Part shown: one piece after another, positions 18,895 to 27,646 of the stretch | Layout of the letters: each line of letters starts with the position of its first letter | Position numbering within the stretch: position 1 is the first letter of the stretch | Assembly: GCA_047601445.1 (NCBI GenBank) | Contig: JASGJH010000001.1 | Span: forward strand, 7,968,001-8,032,000 | Length of the DNA stretch: 64,000 nt | Source: Myxococcales bacterium | Lineage (GTDB): Bacteria; Myxococcota_A; Polyangia; Polyangiales; DASUME01 | Reading direction: 5' to 3' | Made by a program: the position numbers and the translations under genes | The notes under the pieces: generated by a model | Databases searched by the model: none | What the model was told of the DNA's origin: nothing | What the model saw: the letters and a program-made list of their open reading frames with translations, nothing else

Positions 18895-20001
18895 TCACGG
18901 GGCGCTGCGCGAGCCAGTGCGCGCTTCCGGGCGGCTCACGCCGTCGGGGAAGCCCGTCACCACGCGATGCAGTAACTCGGCCAGGGAGGAGAACTCGGGC
19001 AACCGCGCGAGCGCGCGGCCCACGTAGCGCAGACTCGGGGCGAACCAGGGCAAAAAGCTCGGGTTTCCACGGACTTGATCGATGAACACGAAGCGCCCGG
19101 CGTCCTTGAGCTTGCGCTGCACGGCTACCAGCCAGAAGGCCCGCTCCAAATCCGCCACGGACTCCCCGCGCAAACCCGCCGCATAGGCGACCAGCTCGCG
19201 CTGCTCCGCCTCGCTGAGGTCCACGTACGAGTCGCACAGGAGCGCCACCAGGTCGTACACGGCGGGCCCCATCAGGGCGTCCTGGAAGTCGATTACCACC
19301 AGACCTGGCTTGGCCTTGCGCCGCGACGCCCACATGAGATTTCGGGACTGGAAGTCGCGATGCACGAACCCTTGCGGTAGGCCGAGGATGGCCTCCACCA
19401 ACGTGTCCGCCGAGCCCGCGAAGAGCTCCCGATCTCCGGTCGAGAGCGCCAGCCCCTGGGCATCGAGACCCCATTCCAGGAAGTGCTCGAGCTCCCAGCG
19501 CAACAGCGTGCGATCGAAGCTGCGCCCGTAGGCGATGCACTCCGCGTTCTTGGCGGCGGCCTGCCGGTGCATTTGCACCATCAGCTCGATGGCGTGCCGG
19601 TAGTGCGTGAGCCACTGCTCGCGGCCCGAGCCCAGCAAGCGCGCCTCGAAGGTCTCGTCGCCGAGATCCTCCAGCAGCACCACTCCGCGCTCCAGATCGC
19701 TTACCAGCACCTCCGGTACCGCGATGCCGAGCGCGCGCAGGTGACGCTGCACGTTGAGGAACGGGAGCTCGGTGGGTTTGGCCGCACCGCTCAGTTCGTC
19801 GCTCTTGAGCGCGTCGGCCGGCAGGCGCATCACGATCAGGGAGGGCGGCGCCGCGGTGGCACTCGTCACGCGATAGTAGCTACGCGTGGAGGCGTCACCC
19901 TTCAGCTTGAGTACGTCGAGATCACGCGGAACCTCGCCCCACACGGCGTGAAGCGAGGGTTCCAGATCCATGCCGTCGAATTGTCCCGTGGACGCGGGCA
20001 T
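18895..20001 (-). CDS. APH-fold phosphotransferase, AmgK (anomeric MurNAc/GlcNAc kinase)-like
   Basis: GDASTRSYYRV, HRDFQSRNLM, IDFQDALMGP.YDLVALL.DSY, QRKLKDAGRF. Confidence 0.82.
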   Translation of the reverse strand: MPASTGQFDGMDLEPSLHAVWGEVPRDLDVLKLKGDASTRSYYRVTSATAAPPSLIVMRLPADALKSDELSGAAKPTELPFLNVQRHLRALGIAVPEVLVSDLERGVVLLEDLGDETFEARLLGSGREQWLTHYRHAIELMVQMHRQAAAKNAECIAYGRSFDRTLLRWELEHFLEWGLDAQGLALSTGDRELFAGSADTLVEAILGLPQGFVHRDFQSRNLMWASRRKAKPGLVVIDFQDALMGPAVYDLVALLCDSYVDLSEAEQRELVAYAAGLRGESVADLERAFWLVAVQRKLKDAGRFVFIDQVRGNPSFLPWFAPSLRYVGRALARLPEFSSLAELLHRVVTGFPDGVSRPEARTGSRSAP

Positions 20002-21011
20002 CAGCGCTCGTCGTATCCGCGGTCGTCGTCGCGGTCGCGGGCGTCGGGCTCGTCCCGGCCACGACTCCAGTCGTCTGCCACTGGGCGCTCGCGGCTGCGG
20101 TCGTCGGTGCTGCTGCGCTCACGGCCGCGGTCGTCCGCGCTGCCACGGCTGCGGTCATCGGCGCTGCTGCGCTGCTCCCGACGATTGTCGAAGGAGCGCT
20201 CGCGGCTGGGTCCGCGGTCGTCGGTGCGCTCGCGGCTGGGTCCGCGGTCGTCGGTACGCTCACGGCTGGGTCCGCGGTCGTCGGTACGCTCGCGACTGGG
20301 TCCGCGGTCGTCCGTGCGTTCACGCGGACGATCGTCGCTCGGCCCGCGTCGCTCGTCGCTGCGCTCGCGGCTAGGTCCACGGCGCTCGCCACGACCGCCA
20401 CCGCCACCGCCACCGCTACGCGGACGGTCGTCCCGGCTGCGCTCGCTGCTGCGCTCGGTGCGTTCGCTGCCGCGCTCGCCACGCACGGGGATGATCTGCA
20501 GACGCCGTTCGGCGCCCTCGCCCTCGGAGCGCGTGCTCACGCCCGGGAACTTGGCCAGCGATACGTGGATGACGCGCCGATCGCGCGCCGACATGGGCTC
20601 CAGGGTCACCGCGCGTCCAGAGGACACGGCGCGCTTGGCCTCACGCTTGGCCATCGACACCAGGCTGTTGTCGTGACGTTCACGGTAGTCACCCGAGTCG
20701 AGCACGATGTGACGGCGCTCGTCCGGGTCGCGATTGACGATCTTGTTCACGAGGAACTGCAGCGCCTCGAGGGTCATGCCCTTCTTGCCGATGGCACGCC
20801 CTGCGTCCGGCCCCTCGATGTCGACCACCACGCGCTCGTCGTCCTCCTCGCGCACGCGAGCGGAGGCTTCGAGATCCATGCGATCGAGGATGCCCTGGGT
20901 CACTCGGCGGGCGTCATCGGCCTTGCCGTCATCCACGTTGCGGGAGCGTCTCTTCTCGCGATCGTCACCACGACCCTGACGATCCTCATCGACGAACAGC
21001 GCCCCATCCAT
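20001..21011 (-). CDS. jag: Jag/KhpB (EloR) KH-R3H RNA-binding protein with long R/D/E/S-rich tail
   Basis: AIGKKGMTLEALQFL (KH), PMSARDRRVIH (R3H); follows yidC; likely start ATG 21011. Confidence 0.9.
   Translation of the reverse strand: MDGALFVDEDRQGRGDDREKRRSRNVDDGKADDARRVTQGILDRMDLEASARVREEDDERVVVDIEGPDAGRAIGKKGMTLEALQFLVNKIVNRDPDERRHIVLDSGDYRERHDNSLVSMAKREAKRAVSSGRAVTLEPMSARDRRVIHVSLAKFPGVSTRSEGEGAERRLQIIPVRGERGSERTERSSERSRDDRPRSGGGGGGGRGERRGPSRERSDERRGPSDDRPRERTDDRGPSRERTDDRGPSRERTDDRGPSRERTDDRGPSRERSFDNRREQRSSADDRSRGSADDRGRERSSTDDRSRERPVADDWSRGRDEPDARDRDDDRGYDER
20195..20325 (-). repeat. 30-bp coding tandem repeat (RERTDDRGPS, ~4 copies) in jag
   Basis: CGCTCGCGGCTGGGTCCGCGGTCGTCGGT repeated at a 30-bp period with synonymous changes. 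Confidence 0.85.
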
Positions 21012-21018
21012 GTTGTGT

Positions 21019-22729
21019 CTACGCTCGTCCACGTCCGGTCCTCCGAGGGGACGCCGCATTGTCTGGGGCGCCCGATGGCGAGTTCGAAAGGCCACTTTCG
21101 CCGCCCCCTGTGGGCGGGTGACTGTTGGCGATCCGATACTCGATAAACTTTTGTTGCCCGATGCTGAGCACCGAGTTGGTGAACATGTAAAGGCAAAGAC
21201 CCGCGGGCAAAAAGAGCATGAAGCTCGTGATCATCGCGGGCATCACGTAGAGCATCATCTTGGCCTGCGCGGCGTCCATGGTGCTCGGCGTGATCTTCTG
21301 CTGAACCCACATCAAGAGCCCGAGTGCCAACGGCAGCACGTAAAAGGGATCGGGCGCGGTAAGGTCTTGCCAGAAGCCGAAGAAGGGGCGTCGGAACAGC
21401 TCCACGTTAGTGGAAAGCGACATGTACAGGGCCCACCAGATGGGCAGCTGCAAGAGCTGCGGCAAGCAACCCCCGAACGGGTTGATCTTGTGCTTCTTGT
21501 AGAGCTCCATCATCGCCACGCCCTTCTTCTCGCGGTCGTCCTTGTACCGCTCGTTGAGGGCGTCGATCTCCGGGCTTGAGGCGGCGCATGGCCGCGATGG
21601 ACTGGAAGCTCTTGGCCGTGAGCGGGTAGAGCACCAGCTTCACGAAAAAGGTCAGAAGGATGATGGCGACGCCCCAGTTGGGCACCCACTGGTGGATGAA
21701 CGCCAGCATGGCCAGGAGGCCGTTGGCGATGGAGTCCACGCCCGGCAGGCCGCCCACGAAGGAGGCGCGCCGCAGGCTGTGGCCGGCTGCGGCCAAGGTC
21801 TCGGGGAGCTTGGGGCCCACGTAGGCGAGGGTCCGGAACAGGTTCTGCGAGTTGGGCAGCGCCTTGACCGTGGGGTAGCGCAAGGAGACCGTGAGCAAGG
21901 AGCCCTCCGGTTCGTCCTCGGAGCCACCGCGGTCGGAGCCCGACAGCGCACAGCGATTGAAGGTCTTGGCGTTCCCCGCGTAGGCCTGCGTGAAGTAGAT
22001 GGTGTCGACGGACCCGAAGTTCACCGCGCCCTCGAGCACGGGCTTGTCTTCGACCACGTCCGCGCGCTCGAAGCGCTTGGGCGTGTCGTCTTCCACGCAG
22101 AGACCACTGGCCGTCAGCGGCGAGCGTCCGGCCATGAAGCCGCCCTTCTCGTCCTGGCGTCGCACGTAGTGGTAGCCCTCGATGGAGACCTCGAGTGGGC
22201 GCTCGGTCTTGCCGCGGTTGATCACGTTGAGCGTCGACCACAGCTGGAACGGACCCTGACCGACCTCGATCTTGCGGACGATGAGCAGGTCGCCGGCCAC
22301 ATAGGTGAAGCGGGCGGCCTGGGGGCTCAGCTGCTCCACGCTCCACACGGCGTTCGGGGGCAGGTTGACTCCTGCGATGACGACGCGGAACGGGAGATAG
22401 GCAGGGCGATCGGTGGTGACGAGATCGATGGGCTTGCCGTTGGCCGCCGTGAAGCGCTTTTCACGCAGGCGGAAGTGCTCGATGGCGCCGCCGTTGTTCG
22501 AGAGCACCGCCTCGAAGTCCGGGCTCTCGAGCCTGACGTGCCGCATATCGCCGATGTCGAACGAGAGCTGGGGGGGCGCAGGCGTGGAACGTTCACGGTC
22601 CGCCTGGGGGCTCTCCTTCGCGGCCGGGCTCGTGCTCGCAGGTTCCCGGCTCAAGGCGAAGGCCGACGCGGCGAACGCACTCAAGAGGAGGACGCAGGTG
22701 AAGAAGAGGCGCGGTCTCTGAGTTGGCAT
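21019..22729 (-). CDS. yidC: Membrane protein insertase YidC (~569 aa); apparent +1 frameshift near 21571
   Basis: NWGVAIILLT..KLVLYPL, then in the shifted frame EIDALNERYKDD..LYKKHKINPFGGCLP..DLTAPDPFYVLP..PAGLCLY. Confidence 0.93.
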
Positions 22730-23004
22730 CACGACTCCGAACGAGGTCTGCCCGGGGACCAAGCGTGGGCTTCAGCGGGCGACACGAACTTGGGGGGCGG
22801 GGGGTCGAATCCCCCTGGGTGAAACGGGTGGCAGCGGGCGATTCGCTTGGCGCCCAACCATGAACCACGGGCCGCGCCGTGCATTTCAATGCACTGGGCG
22901 GTGTAGCGTGAACAGCTCGGCTCGAAGCGGCAGCCGCGTCCAAGCAGCGGCGACAGCAGCAGCTGGTAGATGCGGATCACGGCGAGCAAGAGGCGGGCGA
23001 TCAT
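22729..23004 (-). CDS. yidD: Membrane protein insertion efficiency factor YidD
   Basis: YQLLLSP..CRFEPSCSRY..RIARCHPFHPGGFDP. Confidence 0.95.
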   Translation of the reverse strand: MIARLLLAVIRIYQLLLSPLLGRGCRFEPSCSRYTAQCIEMHGAARGSWLGAKRIARCHPFHPGGFDPPPPKFVSPAEAHAWSPGRPRSES

Positions 23005-23393
23005 CGGGTACCGCCTCTCTTACCGCGCAGCACGCGCGCAGCATCGTCGAACTCTCGGACGACATCGGCCAGGCACGACACCGAGCAACCGTTCTTGGCG
23101 ATCACCACCAAGTCGGCCTGCTCCGGGAAGAGCTCGCGGTGCTGCCGGAACGTCTCCCTGATCAAGCGCTTGATGCGGTTGCGTCGCACGGCCTTGCCGA
23201 CCTGGCGGGCCACCGTGATCCCGAGACGCGCGCGCGGCACGCTAGCGGGCCCCACGAGCACGAGAAAGCTCCTGGTGTGGACGCGCCGCGCCCGGTCCCG
23301 AACAAGGCGGAACTCGAACCGCTTGCGCAAACGGTCGCTAGCCGGAAAACGCTGCGAACGCTCGGCAGCGGGGCCCAAGGCACCCGAAGCCAA
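23001..23393 (-). CDS. rnpA: Ribonuclease P protein component (start uncertain)
   Basis: RLRKRFEF, RLGITVARQVGKAVRRNRIKRLIRETFR; lies between rpmH and yidD. Confidence 0.92.
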   Translation of the reverse strand: MASGALGPAAERSQRFPASDRLRKRFEFRLVRDRARRVHTRSFLVLVGPASVPRARLGITVARQVGKAVRRNRIKRLIRETFRQHRELFPEQADLVVIAKNGCSVSCLADVVREFDDAARVLRGKRGGTR

Positions 23394-23404
23394 GGGGAGC
23401 CCGC

Positions 23405-23554
23405 TTACTTCTTGTAGACCGAGACGCCCAGGCGCTGACGCCCCTTGCGGCGGCGGTTGTTGATCACCTTGCGGCCGTTGGCGGTCTTCATACGGGCGCG
23501 GAAGCCGTGGGTACGAATGCGACGGGTGCGGTGCGGTTGATAAGTGCGCTTCAC
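23405..23554 (-). CDS. rpmH: 50S ribosomal protein L34 (49 aa; missing from the ORF track)
   Basis: Manual translation [57 protein letters not shown] before the GTG start. Confidence 0.97.
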   Translation of the reverse strand: MKRTYQPHRTRRIRTHGFRARMKTANGRKVINNRRRKGRQRLGVSVYKK

Positions 23555-23678
23555 GGGGATCCTCCAGCAGACGCTCCCAGGCGGGCTGCGCTCTGCGAGT
23601 GCTCAACCCGAGGCCCAGGGGCGCTCGAGTGAAACTTGTGGCCCGAGCAGAGCCGCTGGCTCCAGCTAGGGCGCGGGA

Positions 23679-23706
23679 AGGTTGCATGGGCATACCCAGC
23701 TGTCAA
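23679..23706 (-). promoter_or_regulatory. Candidate sigma70 promoter of the rpmH operon
   Basis: Minus strand TTGACA, weak -10 (CAACCT), then GC-rich discriminator-like CCCGCGCCC. Confidence 0.35.
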
Positions 23707-23758
23707 GAACGGCCTGGACGTTAGAAACGCCACGGTTTGGTGAGCCGTTTGTCGGGCC

Positions 23759-24439
23759 TCATGGCTTTCGATAGAGACCTGAATCCAAGCAACTAAAGTA
23801 CCCCTCCTGGCTGACGATGACATGGTCGAGCAGGAAAATTCCCAGCAGCTCTCCCACCTGAGCCAAACGCTGTGTGAATCCAAGGTCTTCGCTGCTCGGC
23901 TCGCAGCTGCCCGAGGGATGGTTGTGGACCAGGATGACGGCGCTCGCGGCCTCCCGCACCAGGGGCCGGAACACGTCTGCCGGTTGCAGGGCGCAGCCGC
24001 TCACACCGCCACGCGCCAGGAGGACGCGTGAGAGCACCCGCTGGCGGGCGTCGAGGGCCACCGCCCAGAGCTCCTCGTGACGAAGTTGTCCGAGCAGGGG
24101 GCCAAAGCTGCGGAACACATCCTCGCTGGAGGCGAGCCGAACACCGCGCACCAGGGGCAGGGCGCTGATGCGGCGGCCGAGCTCCATGGCTGCGACGATG
24201 CGCGCCGCCTTGCTGGCGCCGACGCCGCTCAAGGATGCGAGCTCCGTCCCGCCGGCCCGCGCCAGCCCCCGCAAGCCACCCGCCCTCAACAGCAGTTTCT
24301 CCGCCAGGGCGGGCACGGGTTCGTCCCGTGTCCCCGTGCCCAGCAGAATGGCGATCAGCTCTCCGTCGCTCAGGCTCTCGGCCCCGGCGGCGCGCAGTTT
24401 CTCCCGCGGCCCATCGGCCCAGCGTGTTGGCGTGTCCAT
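23759..24439 (-). CDS. radC: RadC (JAB/MPN domain) protein
   Basis: PREKL...LSDGELIAILLGTG; HNHPSG..PS.ED; LLDHVIV. Confidence 0.95.
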   Translation of the reverse strand: MDTPTRWADGPREKLRAAGAESLSDGELIAILLGTGTRDEPVPALAEKLLLRAGGLRGLARAGGTELASLSGVGASKAARIVAAMELGRRISALPLVRGVRLASSEDVFRSFGPLLGQLRHEELWAVALDARQRVLSRVLLARGGVSGCALQPADVFRPLVREAASAVILVHNHPSGSCEPSSEDLGFTQRLAQVGELLGIFLLDHVIVSQEGYFSCLDSGLYRKP

Positions 24440-24637
24440 CGGGATCGGCCAATGCGCGCTCCATTCCAGTTTGCCGACATGCGATTACGCCGGGTTAGCT
24501 AGCCGACATGGCGGGTTTTCGTCGTGCCTTCGCGGGCTCGCGCCGCGGCGGGTGCCCAAACGGGGTGAGTGGGGTCGAGAAGCTTTCCCCCCTTGCTTGC
24601 TTCCCCGGGTCCGGTTCGATAAATTCCGGTTTCTTCC

Positions 24638-25501
24638 ATGCACTTCGTGTCGCGTCGCCTGCTCCTCCCCGCCCTCTGCGCCTTCGTAGGCGCATGCACG
24701 GACACGCGCGGAGAAGACGCGGGCGCTGTGATCGACTCGCGCGAGGGCTCGTTGGCCCTGCTCCAGCTCGAGCGCTTCACCGATTCCGAAGTCCCTCTGC
24801 CGCGCCTCGTGGCAGGCGCCAAGATTGCGCGTTACCGCGCCATCGATGGCGATGCGCTGCTGCGTTTGCTCGGTGCTGACGCGCGTGATCTCGACACGTG
24901 CAGCGCTTCGGGTGGACTGGGCGAGCTGGATCTCGGCGCTGAAGCTCAGGTCGAGCTGCTCTCTGTCGGCGATATCACGCTGCGCGGCGGCGGCGCCCAG
25001 AGCACGCTCTCTCCCAGACTCTTTCCGGCCTTGGCCACCACGGCGTCGGGCTGGTTTTACGCAGGCGAGGCTGAAGCCACTCTGCCGCGCGCCGAACTCG
25101 ACGAATACGTGCTTTCGGCGCCGGGCGAGTCCGGCACCGGCGCGTTCGAGGTCGCGGTCGCTGCTCCGGGACCCGTGCTCGGGTTGTCGCTCGCCGGCCT
25201 CGCACTCGAACAGACGGCGTCCTTGGACCGCGCTGCGGGGGTCGAGCTCACCTGGGACGCCGAAGATGCAGGCGACCGCATCGAGCTCGAGCTCTACACG
25301 GGCGGCAGCCTGCTCGCCTGCACGGTGCGCGACGACGGACACTTCGCGCTCACGCAAGCTCAGTTGAGCGCTCTCGAGACCGACGAGAACGCGTCGTTGG
25401 TGGTGCGCCGCGTGCGGGTCGCCCCCGTCGACATGCACGGCATCACGTCTGCCTATGCCCGCGTGGCGAGCAGCCGCACCCTGGCGCTGCAAGTTCGCTG
25501 A
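24638..25501 (+). CDS. Hypothetical lipoprotein
   Basis: Signal peptide with lipobox VGAC; C-terminal CTVRDDGHF. Confidence 0.75.
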   Translation: MHFVSRRLLLPALCAFVGACTDTRGEDAGAVIDSREGSLALLQLERFTDSEVPLPRLVAGAKIARYRAIDGDALLRLLGADARDLDTCSASGGLGELDLGAEAQVELLSVGDITLRGGGAQSTLSPRLFPALATTASGWFYAGEAEATLPRAELDEYVLSAPGESGTGAFEVAVAAPGPVLGLSLAGLALEQTASLDRAAGVELTWDAEDAGDRIELELYTGGSLLACTVRDDGHFALTQAQLSALETDENASLVVRRVRVAPVDMHGITSAYARVASSRTLALQVR

Positions 25502-25505
25502 AGCC

Positions 25506-25836
25506 GGGAGGGCGCGTGCCCTCTTTCGAGAAGAGGTCGTGGACACCGTGAGCGAAGCGAACCTCGCGGTGGGGTGGGTCCCGTCGCGGCTTTGCCGCGA
25601 TGGGCGGGGAGGGCGCGTGCCCTCTTTCGAGAAGAGGTCGTGGACACCGTGAGCGAAGCGAACCTCGCGGTGGGGTGGGTCCCGTCGCGGCTTTGCCGCG
25701 ATGGGCGGGGAGGGCGCGTGCCCTCTTTCGAGAAGAGGTCGTGGACACCGTGAGCGAAGCGAACCTCGCGGTGGGGTGGGTCCCGTCGCGGCTTTGCCGC
25801 GATGGGCGGGGAGGGCGCGTGCCCTCCCCGATTAAC
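25506..25836 (+). repeat. Exact 101-bp tandem repeat x3 plus terminal hairpin, built from the REP-like unit
   Basis: Units start at 25506, 25607, 25708 and 25809 (partial) with no visible mismatch; fills the gap between convergent genes. Confidence 0.95.
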
Positions 25837-27374
25837 TAGTCCCCCTTGGTGTTGCCGAAGAGCTTGGACAGTAGCTTGCCCGTGTTCTGTTGCGGAGGCT
25901 TGGAGTCCTTGCGCATCTCGGCCAGGCGTACCTCGCGTGCTGCTTCGACGTTGCGCGGATTGATCTCGACCGCTTTCTGGAAGTGCTTGGTGGCTTCTTC
26001 GCCGCGGTTCACGCGCTTGAGCACCACGCCCTTGTAGTAGTGCGCTCGCTCGTTCTTCGGGTGCGCGCTCAGCGCACGGTCGAAGGCGCGCAACATCTCG
26101 TCGAAGGGGCCGCTCTCGCCTGGGTTCATCAGGTGCAATACCCAGCCGTAGAGCGCGTTGCAGTCGGCTTCGTCCGGGTTCTTCGCCATGGCGCTGCGGA
26201 TCAAGGTGAGCGCCTGGGCGTAATCTCGGCGCTTGATCAGCACCTCGGCCTTTTGGAACTCGACGGCCGACTCGAGCACGTTGCGCATCAGGCGCTCGGC
26301 GCTGCGGGTGCCGCCACCGCCTTCGACGGCCTTCATGTAGTCAGCGCGCGTGGTCGGGTTGCCGAGGGTCTCGTTGGCTTCGGTGATGCGGTCGAAGACC
26401 AGCTGGGCACACGACGCCAGCGGAGCCAGCGCGGGGGGGAGCCGGTCCGGGTGGAACTTCTTCACGAGCGCGAAGTAGGCCGTGCCGACTTCCGGGGCCG
26501 GGGTGCTGAGCGGAAGTCCCAGCAGGTCGAAGTGGTTCACGTCGTCGAGGCGCTTGTAGAGCGCGACCAGTTCGTTCCAGCGCGCGAGATCGGTCGCGCT
26601 CAGACCGGGTGGCACCGGCGGCGTGGGGGGCAGGTTGGACGCGCCCGCCGCCGCGGGTGCCACCGGCGCGTGGCTACCTGGCGTGGGGGTGGCGGCTCGT
26701 GCTGGCGGCTGCGACGTGCCGACCGTGACCCGCGGAACGAAACCCGAGTTGGAACGACCGGCCACCGTGGCGCGCGGCAGCTCGCCCTCTTCGGAGACCT
26801 CGATGCCGCGCACGAGCCCGAGCAGATAGAGCACGCGTTTGGCGGCCAGGCTCGGCAGCTCGCTGCCAGAAAGCAGCTCCTCCACCGTGCTCGGACCTGC
26901 GCGCAGGCTGTCCACCAGGGCCAGCTCCTTGGCCTCGAACTCGAGCCTCTCGAGGGGAACCCCTGGCCTCATGCGGAGCACGCGTCCCCCAAAGCGCGCC
27001 AGCGTTGCGTCCATCACGTCTTCCCGGGGCGCCTGACGTAGGCCCCTGGAGAGCAGCGCATACAGGTCCACCGGTTCGCTGAGCACGCCGGCCCCCGAGC
27101 CCAGCAGGTTCTGCTGTTCGTAGAAGGCGTAGGCACCGTCGCGGCGCTGGAACAGGCGGAGCAAGGCTTCGAGGGCGTTCGGGGCCGGACGCAGGGGGCG
27201 GATGGAGGTTACCAGGCCATCCTCGAAAAAGAGCCGGTCTTGGCCCGCCTGCTCCTGATCGCTGTCAGGCCAGATCGCGAGCGTTCCCGTGAGCTTTTGG
27301 CCCGCGGTGTAGACGAGGAGGTGGGGCAAGGGGGTCTTGGTCAAAGACCCCTGGGCAGACGGCTTCAGCGTCAT
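25836..27374 (-). CDS. J-domain and TPR protein (myxobacterial type)
   Basis: NHFDLLG...AYFALVKKFHPDR (J domain), C-terminal TPR repeats, N-terminal DUF4388-like region. Confidence 0.85.
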   Translation of the reverse strand: MTLKPSAQGSLTKTPLPHLLVYTAGQKLTGTLAIWPDSDQEQAGQDRLFFEDGLVTSIRPLRPAPNALEALLRLFQRRDGAYAFYEQQNLLGSGAGVLSEPVDLYALLSRGLRQAPREDVMDATLARFGGRVLRMRPGVPLERLEFEAKELALVDSLRAGPSTVEELLSGSELPSLAAKRVLYLLGLVRGIEVSEEGELPRATVAGRSNSGFVPRVTVGTSQPPARAATPTPGSHAPVAPAAAGASNLPPTPPVPPGLSATDLARWNELVALYKRLDDVNHFDLLGLPLSTPAPEVGTAYFALVKKFHPDRLPPALAPLASCAQLVFDRITEANETLGNPTTRADYMKAVEGGGGTRSAERLMRNVLESAVEFQKAEVLIKRRDYAQALTLIRSAMAKNPDEADCNALYGWVLHLMNPGESGPFDEMLRAFDRALSAHPKNERAHYYKGVVLKRVNRGEEATKHFQKAVEINPRNVEAAREVRLAEMRKDSKPPQQNTGKLLSKLFGNTKGD

Positions 27375-27646
27375 CGAGCCGATACTTCCTTCATGTTTCC
27401 CGGCCTGGCTGCGGCAGCGATTGGCTAGTTTCTCACACCGTGACACGGGTCCGGAAGTCCGTCCTGGCCCACCTGGACACTCGCGTTCCTTCCCCCCGGG
27501 GTGCCGGCCACCCGAAGCTCACCTGGACCGGACCGAGCCTCGATTTTCCGCTTTTGTGATTCCGCCAAAAGTTTGCTCTAGTGGCGCCTCACCGCCTGTG
27601 GGCCTCCCCACGTGGGAGGTGCGGGCGGCTTCTCAGAGGAGTTCGG

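Noticed and set aside
21019..22729. yidC (and dsbA, metalloprotease, terL) as true pseudogenes
   Set aside because: Each has a single +1 break with intact motifs on both sides and a shared GATC context; sequencing error is more likely.
23554..23759. oriC next to rpmH
   Set aside because: No dnaA, no TTATCCACA boxes seen and no AT-rich unwinding element.
23759..24439. radC as a mobile-element or anti-defence JAB gene
   Set aside because: Full-length chromosomal type with the N-terminal HhH region, in a housekeeping context.
25506..25836. CRISPR array
   Set aside because: Units are identical over all 101 bp, with no unique spacers and no cas genes.
25443..25839. Small ORFs such as MSTTSSRKRARALP
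   Set aside because: Translations of the tandem repeat.
27592..27628. Riboswitch upstream of the metalloprotease gene
   Set aside because: Only a single long GC hairpin ahead of the RBS; no recognisable aptamer or expression platform.
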